DNA from: Podarcis pityusensis
Taxonomy: Eukaryota
NCBI GenBank assembly: GCA_964106645.2
Contig: OZ067038.1
Reading direction: 5' to 3' (one strand)
DNA: 64,000 nt
Within the stretch, counting starts at the first letter, position 1. Each line of letters begins with the position of its first letter. The notes under the pieces were generated by a model. It had not been told where the DNA came from, ran no database searches, and saw only the letters and a program-made list of their open reading frames with translations. Position numbers and translations under genes: made by a program. Below, in pieces: positions 61,301-64,000 of this stretch.

Positions 61301-62972
61301 AATAAACACTTTATGGTCCTTAACAAAGAAAGGGAGACTCTTCTCTCTCTCACACACACACTCTCTTACCAGGGTGGTAATTGGGGAGAGACAAAGCAAC
61401 ATTGGTACAAACATCTTATTGCTTGGGACTTCCTGAAACCTGGCAGCGCCCATCTCCCCTGCCCACTCGATGACCACACAAAGGCTGTGAGTGGTTCTTG
61501 CCAGAGAACCACCTCACCAACCATAGTCACTTTCATGGTCACATTGCAATGAATACTCTCTCCTCCCTTTTCCCAGAAAAGATCTGAATGGTACAGATCA
61601 CGTGGGTAATCCCATGCGTGCGTTTGCTAACACAACTTTTGCAGAGGGTGCACATCCAAAAACTCAGTAGCACACTTTCCCAGATGCATGGGTGGCGGCT
61701 CTCAATCTTTCACTCTCTTTTAGAGGGACTCTATACCAGTCTTTACACCATGGAGGGGGAAATCCTTCAGCTTCTTGTTATACAGTAGCAAAACTGGGTA
61801 AGTGAGAGAGAGAAAAATTCAAATGAAAACATGCTTATTTCTACCTTTTCTCCTTTTGGATTAGTTGCTATGACTGTACCATCAGGACCGATTATAACCC
61901 CCGGCTCTCCTTTTTCACCCTGTCCAAAAGACAAATGGCAAGAATGAAGACAAAATGCTTGTGAAAATATAAACTTTGCAAAACAGGCAAAAATTTCCTC
62001 TGGAACCAGGCCTCTGGCCTTTAACTATATGCAGCCTTTTAGAAATAGGTGGAAAGTTTTAATGTATTTATGGGGGGGGTGTTGGTTGTTTGGTTGTAAG
62101 TCACTTTAGGTTGTCATGGGCAAGATAAAGAGACTAAAAAAATGTAATAAATAATTACAATTGAAATATTGGTCCAGAGGAAACATGACCCATGTTATAA
62201 GCTATCTAGTACAATGATCTTATTGAAGTAAGATTCCCCAACAAGGGATGATGGCTGGCAATAGTGAGCATTTGGGGAGAGTTCATGGAAGCATGAAATG
62301 CTATGCTTGCCATGCCCTTAATCACTGTAAGGCTGAAGAAGTACAAACAAATAGAAATTGGTGCTTTGGAAAGATATTAAGATTATGGAAAATGATTTGG
62401 AACTAAGGCTTCAATCCTAACCATGTCTAATCAAAAGAGAGTCCTACTGAATTCAAAGGGGCTCACTCCCAGGTAAGCAGGGTTAGTTAGGGTTGCAGCC
62501 TAAGACCAGGAGCCAAATTGTAAGAATCCTCTTGATAGTGGAGAAATTTGCATTTTGGTGATCAAGTTGCAAACTGGAATGCTTTGCTCCAGAGGGTAGG
62601 ACTCAAACCAATGGCTTCAAGTTACAAGAAAGAGGATTCCAATTAAACATCAGGAAGTACTTTCTGACAGAGCTGTTCAACAGTGGAATGGACTCCCTCA
62701 GAAGGTGGTGGACTCTCCTTCCATGGAGGTCTTTAAGCAGATGTTGGACGGCCACCTGTCCTAGGATTGTGGAGTTGGAAGGGAGCATGATTAGTCCAAA
62801 CCCCTGCAATGCAGGAATATTTTGAACCCGTGACCTTCATGGATGCTTTGAGATTCCTAGATGAGCCTTGGGGGTCCCTTCCAACTCTACAATTCTATGA
62901 TTGTCTTACCTTTGGACCTGAAGAGCCCGGAACACCTGCAGATCCTGTGTCACCTTTTGGTCCCACTGGCCC
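49148..62972 (-). CDS. COL18A1: Collagen alpha-1(XVIII), 3' 18 exons (630 aa: collagenous domains, NC1 trimerisation domain, hinge, endostatin); 5' part lies beyond the window
   Basis: Phase-consistent GT-AG exon chain of interrupted Gly-X-Y repeats, ending in endostatin ([38 protein letters not shown]...SVWHGSD...CETWRT...[15 protein letters not shown]). Adjacency to SLC19A1 distinguishes it from COL15A1. Confidence 0.97.
49914..50029 (-). CDS. COL18A1: COL18A1 endostatin exon (116 nt)
   Basis: ttccag|[14 protein letters not shown]...RDVLRDSAW|gtaggt. Confidence 0.96.
50611..50808 (-). CDS. COL18A1: COL18A1 endostatin exon (198 nt)
   Basis: ttttccag|[12 protein letters not shown]...VPIVNLR|gtacgt. 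Confidence 0.97.
51763..52080 (-). CDS. COL18A1: COL18A1 hinge exon (318 nt)
   Basis: ctgcag|DNEVYDRPP...AKPWRGDE...HTHHDFQPA|gtgagt. Confidence 0.93.
52551..52586 (-). CDS. COL18A1: COL18A1 36-nt exon ([12 protein letters not shown])
   Basis: tttcag|...|gtaagt, phase 0-0. Confidence 0.85.
53174..53302 (-). CDS. COL18A1: COL18A1 trimerisation-domain exon (129 nt)
   Basis: ctggcag|[43 protein letters not shown]|gtgagt. Confidence 0.95.
53916..53992 (-). CDS. COL18A1: COL18A1 exon (77 nt, last Gly-X-Y segment)
   Basis: ttacag|(S)[25 protein letters not shown]|gtaag. Confidence 0.93.
54110..54263 (-). CDS. COL18A1: COL18A1 exon (154 nt)
   Basis: cttcag|[21 protein letters not shown]...PSFPGPHRQ|gtgagt. 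Confidence 0.95.
54986..55108 (-). CDS. COL18A1: COL18A1 exon (123 nt)
   Basis: ccatag|[41 protein letters not shown]|gtgaga. Confidence 0.95.
55901..55944 (-). CDS. COL18A1: COL18A1 exon (44 nt, non-collagenous interruption)
   Basis: tcacaag|(G)[14 protein letters not shown]|gtaagt. Confidence 0.9.
56834..56896 (-). CDS. COL18A1: COL18A1 exon (63 nt)
   Basis: tttcag|(G)[20 protein letters not shown]|gtaaga. Confidence 0.93.
57478..57520 (-). CDS. COL18A1: COL18A1 exon (43 nt)
   Basis: cttcag|[14 protein letters not shown]|gtaagg. Confidence 0.92.
57663..57737 (-). CDS. COL18A1: COL18A1 exon (75 nt)
   Basis: ctctag|[25 protein letters not shown]|gtgagt. Confidence 0.94.
58686..58760 (-). 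CDS. COL18A1: COL18A1 exon (75 nt)
   Basis: ttgcag|[25 protein letters not shown]|gtaagt. Confidence 0.95.
59721..59774 (-). CDS. COL18A1: COL18A1 exon (54 nt)
   Basis: ttctag|[18 protein letters not shown]|gtaaga. Confidence 0.94.
60276..60311 (-). CDS. COL18A1: COL18A1 exon (36 nt)
   Basis: tgccag|[12 protein letters not shown]|gtaagt. Confidence 0.92.
61845..61919 (-). CDS. COL18A1: COL18A1 exon (75 nt)
   Basis: ggacag|[25 protein letters not shown]|gtagaa. Confidence 0.93.
62585..62902 (+). mobile_element. CR1 LINE 3' fragment
   Basis: CR1 ORF2 C-terminal-like sequence (...aatggcttcaagttacaagaaag...gtggtggactctccttccatggaggtctttaagcag) and terminus ggtcccttccaactctacaATTCTATGatt. Confidence 0.85.
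62910..62972 (-). CDS. COL18A1: COL18A1 exon (63 nt)
   Basis: ttccag|[21 protein letters not shown]|gtaaga. Confidence 0.93.
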
Positions 62973-64000
62973 CTGGAATCACAGAGAATTACACCTGATG
63001 ACATTGACACATGGCCCATCTTTTCAGTACTAGGAGTCTGTGGAGCAATATTGTTTGTTTGTTTTGCTCCCCCCCCCCACAACTGCACACCCTTTACCTA
63101 GGGATATTAAAGCATGCAGTGAGCCAACAGGCCCCCTCCTTTGCTTTGATCTGCTTGCCTTGGCCTAAGGATGAGCCTCTGGTCTACGAATAACGTCAAG
63201 CAAGCCATCAAAATAGTAGTCTTCATGTTTTGGGGGGAAGCTGACTGTGGAAAGTGCCAAAGAAGCCCTGCTTTAAAACAGGTCAGGCCAATCTGCACAT
63301 TCATATTTTTTTTTAATTACTTATTAGAGTTCTCAAGGGAGTTTGATTATTGGTGCTAGTCCATCTGCACTTTCTCCCCTTTGTAGATTTGCGGGTGGTT
63401 TGTCTTATTCTCCTGGTGCAAGCTAGCAGAGTCTGCAAATGGGAGGGAAAACTAATTGGAAAGGGGGGGGGGGGTTAAGGCTGGAAAAAATGCCAGAGAA
63501 AATTCATTTAGTGATCTACCTAGTTTGAAAGGCTATGTGCACTTTAGCTCTCAAAATGCGGGAGCAGCAAGTGATACAGCAGGACTGGTGTCTGCTGCTC
63601 CCTGCCTGGGATGGTGAGGAAATGGAAAGAAGCAAAAGGACACACACACACATCCTTCCTGTTTTGTTCTCTCTCGTTCCATTCCTTGTCCAATATACAC
63701 AACCGCTGACAAAATAAAAACAAGCAAAACATAACAAAAGCTCGATTGCTGCCAAGCCTCAAAGCTGCCCTCCTTTGCATCTGGTTGCTCTAGGGCAGCT
63801 CTCAGCCAGAGCAGCCCCCAGGGGGGAGAGCTACTCACTGAGGCTTGGAGCAAGGTCACCCAACCCCTCGCCAGGGCCAGTTCACACACATTCATTCTGA
63901 CTTCAGTTGTCTCTGTTCAGAACATATTAGTACAGCTGCAAAGTCTGTAGTAGTAGTAATAGGCTGCTATGGGGGGGGTTGGGGGGGTAGGAGAATCATA

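Overview
This is vertebrate genomic DNA, inferred to be a squamate and probably a lacertid lizard from its Sauria SINE, CORE-SINE, CR1 and Penelope content. It has one 325-N assembly gap at 12001-12325. Four intron-containing loci can be read by eye. (1) A minus-strand MS4A/CD20-family gene ('MS4A-A'): TATA box at about 12957, then exons 12864-~12931, 10268-10492 and 6049-6168, with the rest apparently left of the window. Its exon-1 ATG frame does not match the transmembrane-coding frame. (2) A divergently oriented plus-strand MS4A-like locus ('MS4A-B', 21603-23383) in which only the TM3, TM4 and Tyr-rich tail exons were found. (3) A complete SLC19A1 (reduced folate carrier) on the plus strand, with a CpG-island promoter at about 24100-25650, five coding exons at 31660-45546 and a 480-aa product. 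(4) The 3' 18 exons of COL18A1 on the minus strand (62972-49148; collagenous domains, trimerisation domain, hinge and endostatin), tail-to-tail with SLC19A1. The two genes appear to end at a compact head-on poly(A) cassette at 46891-46931. Intervening DNA holds SINEs, CR1/L2 fragments, mariner, hAT and Harbinger-like MITEs, and a young Penelope-type 82-bp perfect inverted repeat carrying a minimal hammerhead ribozyme. All calls come from manual reading; no database search was run.
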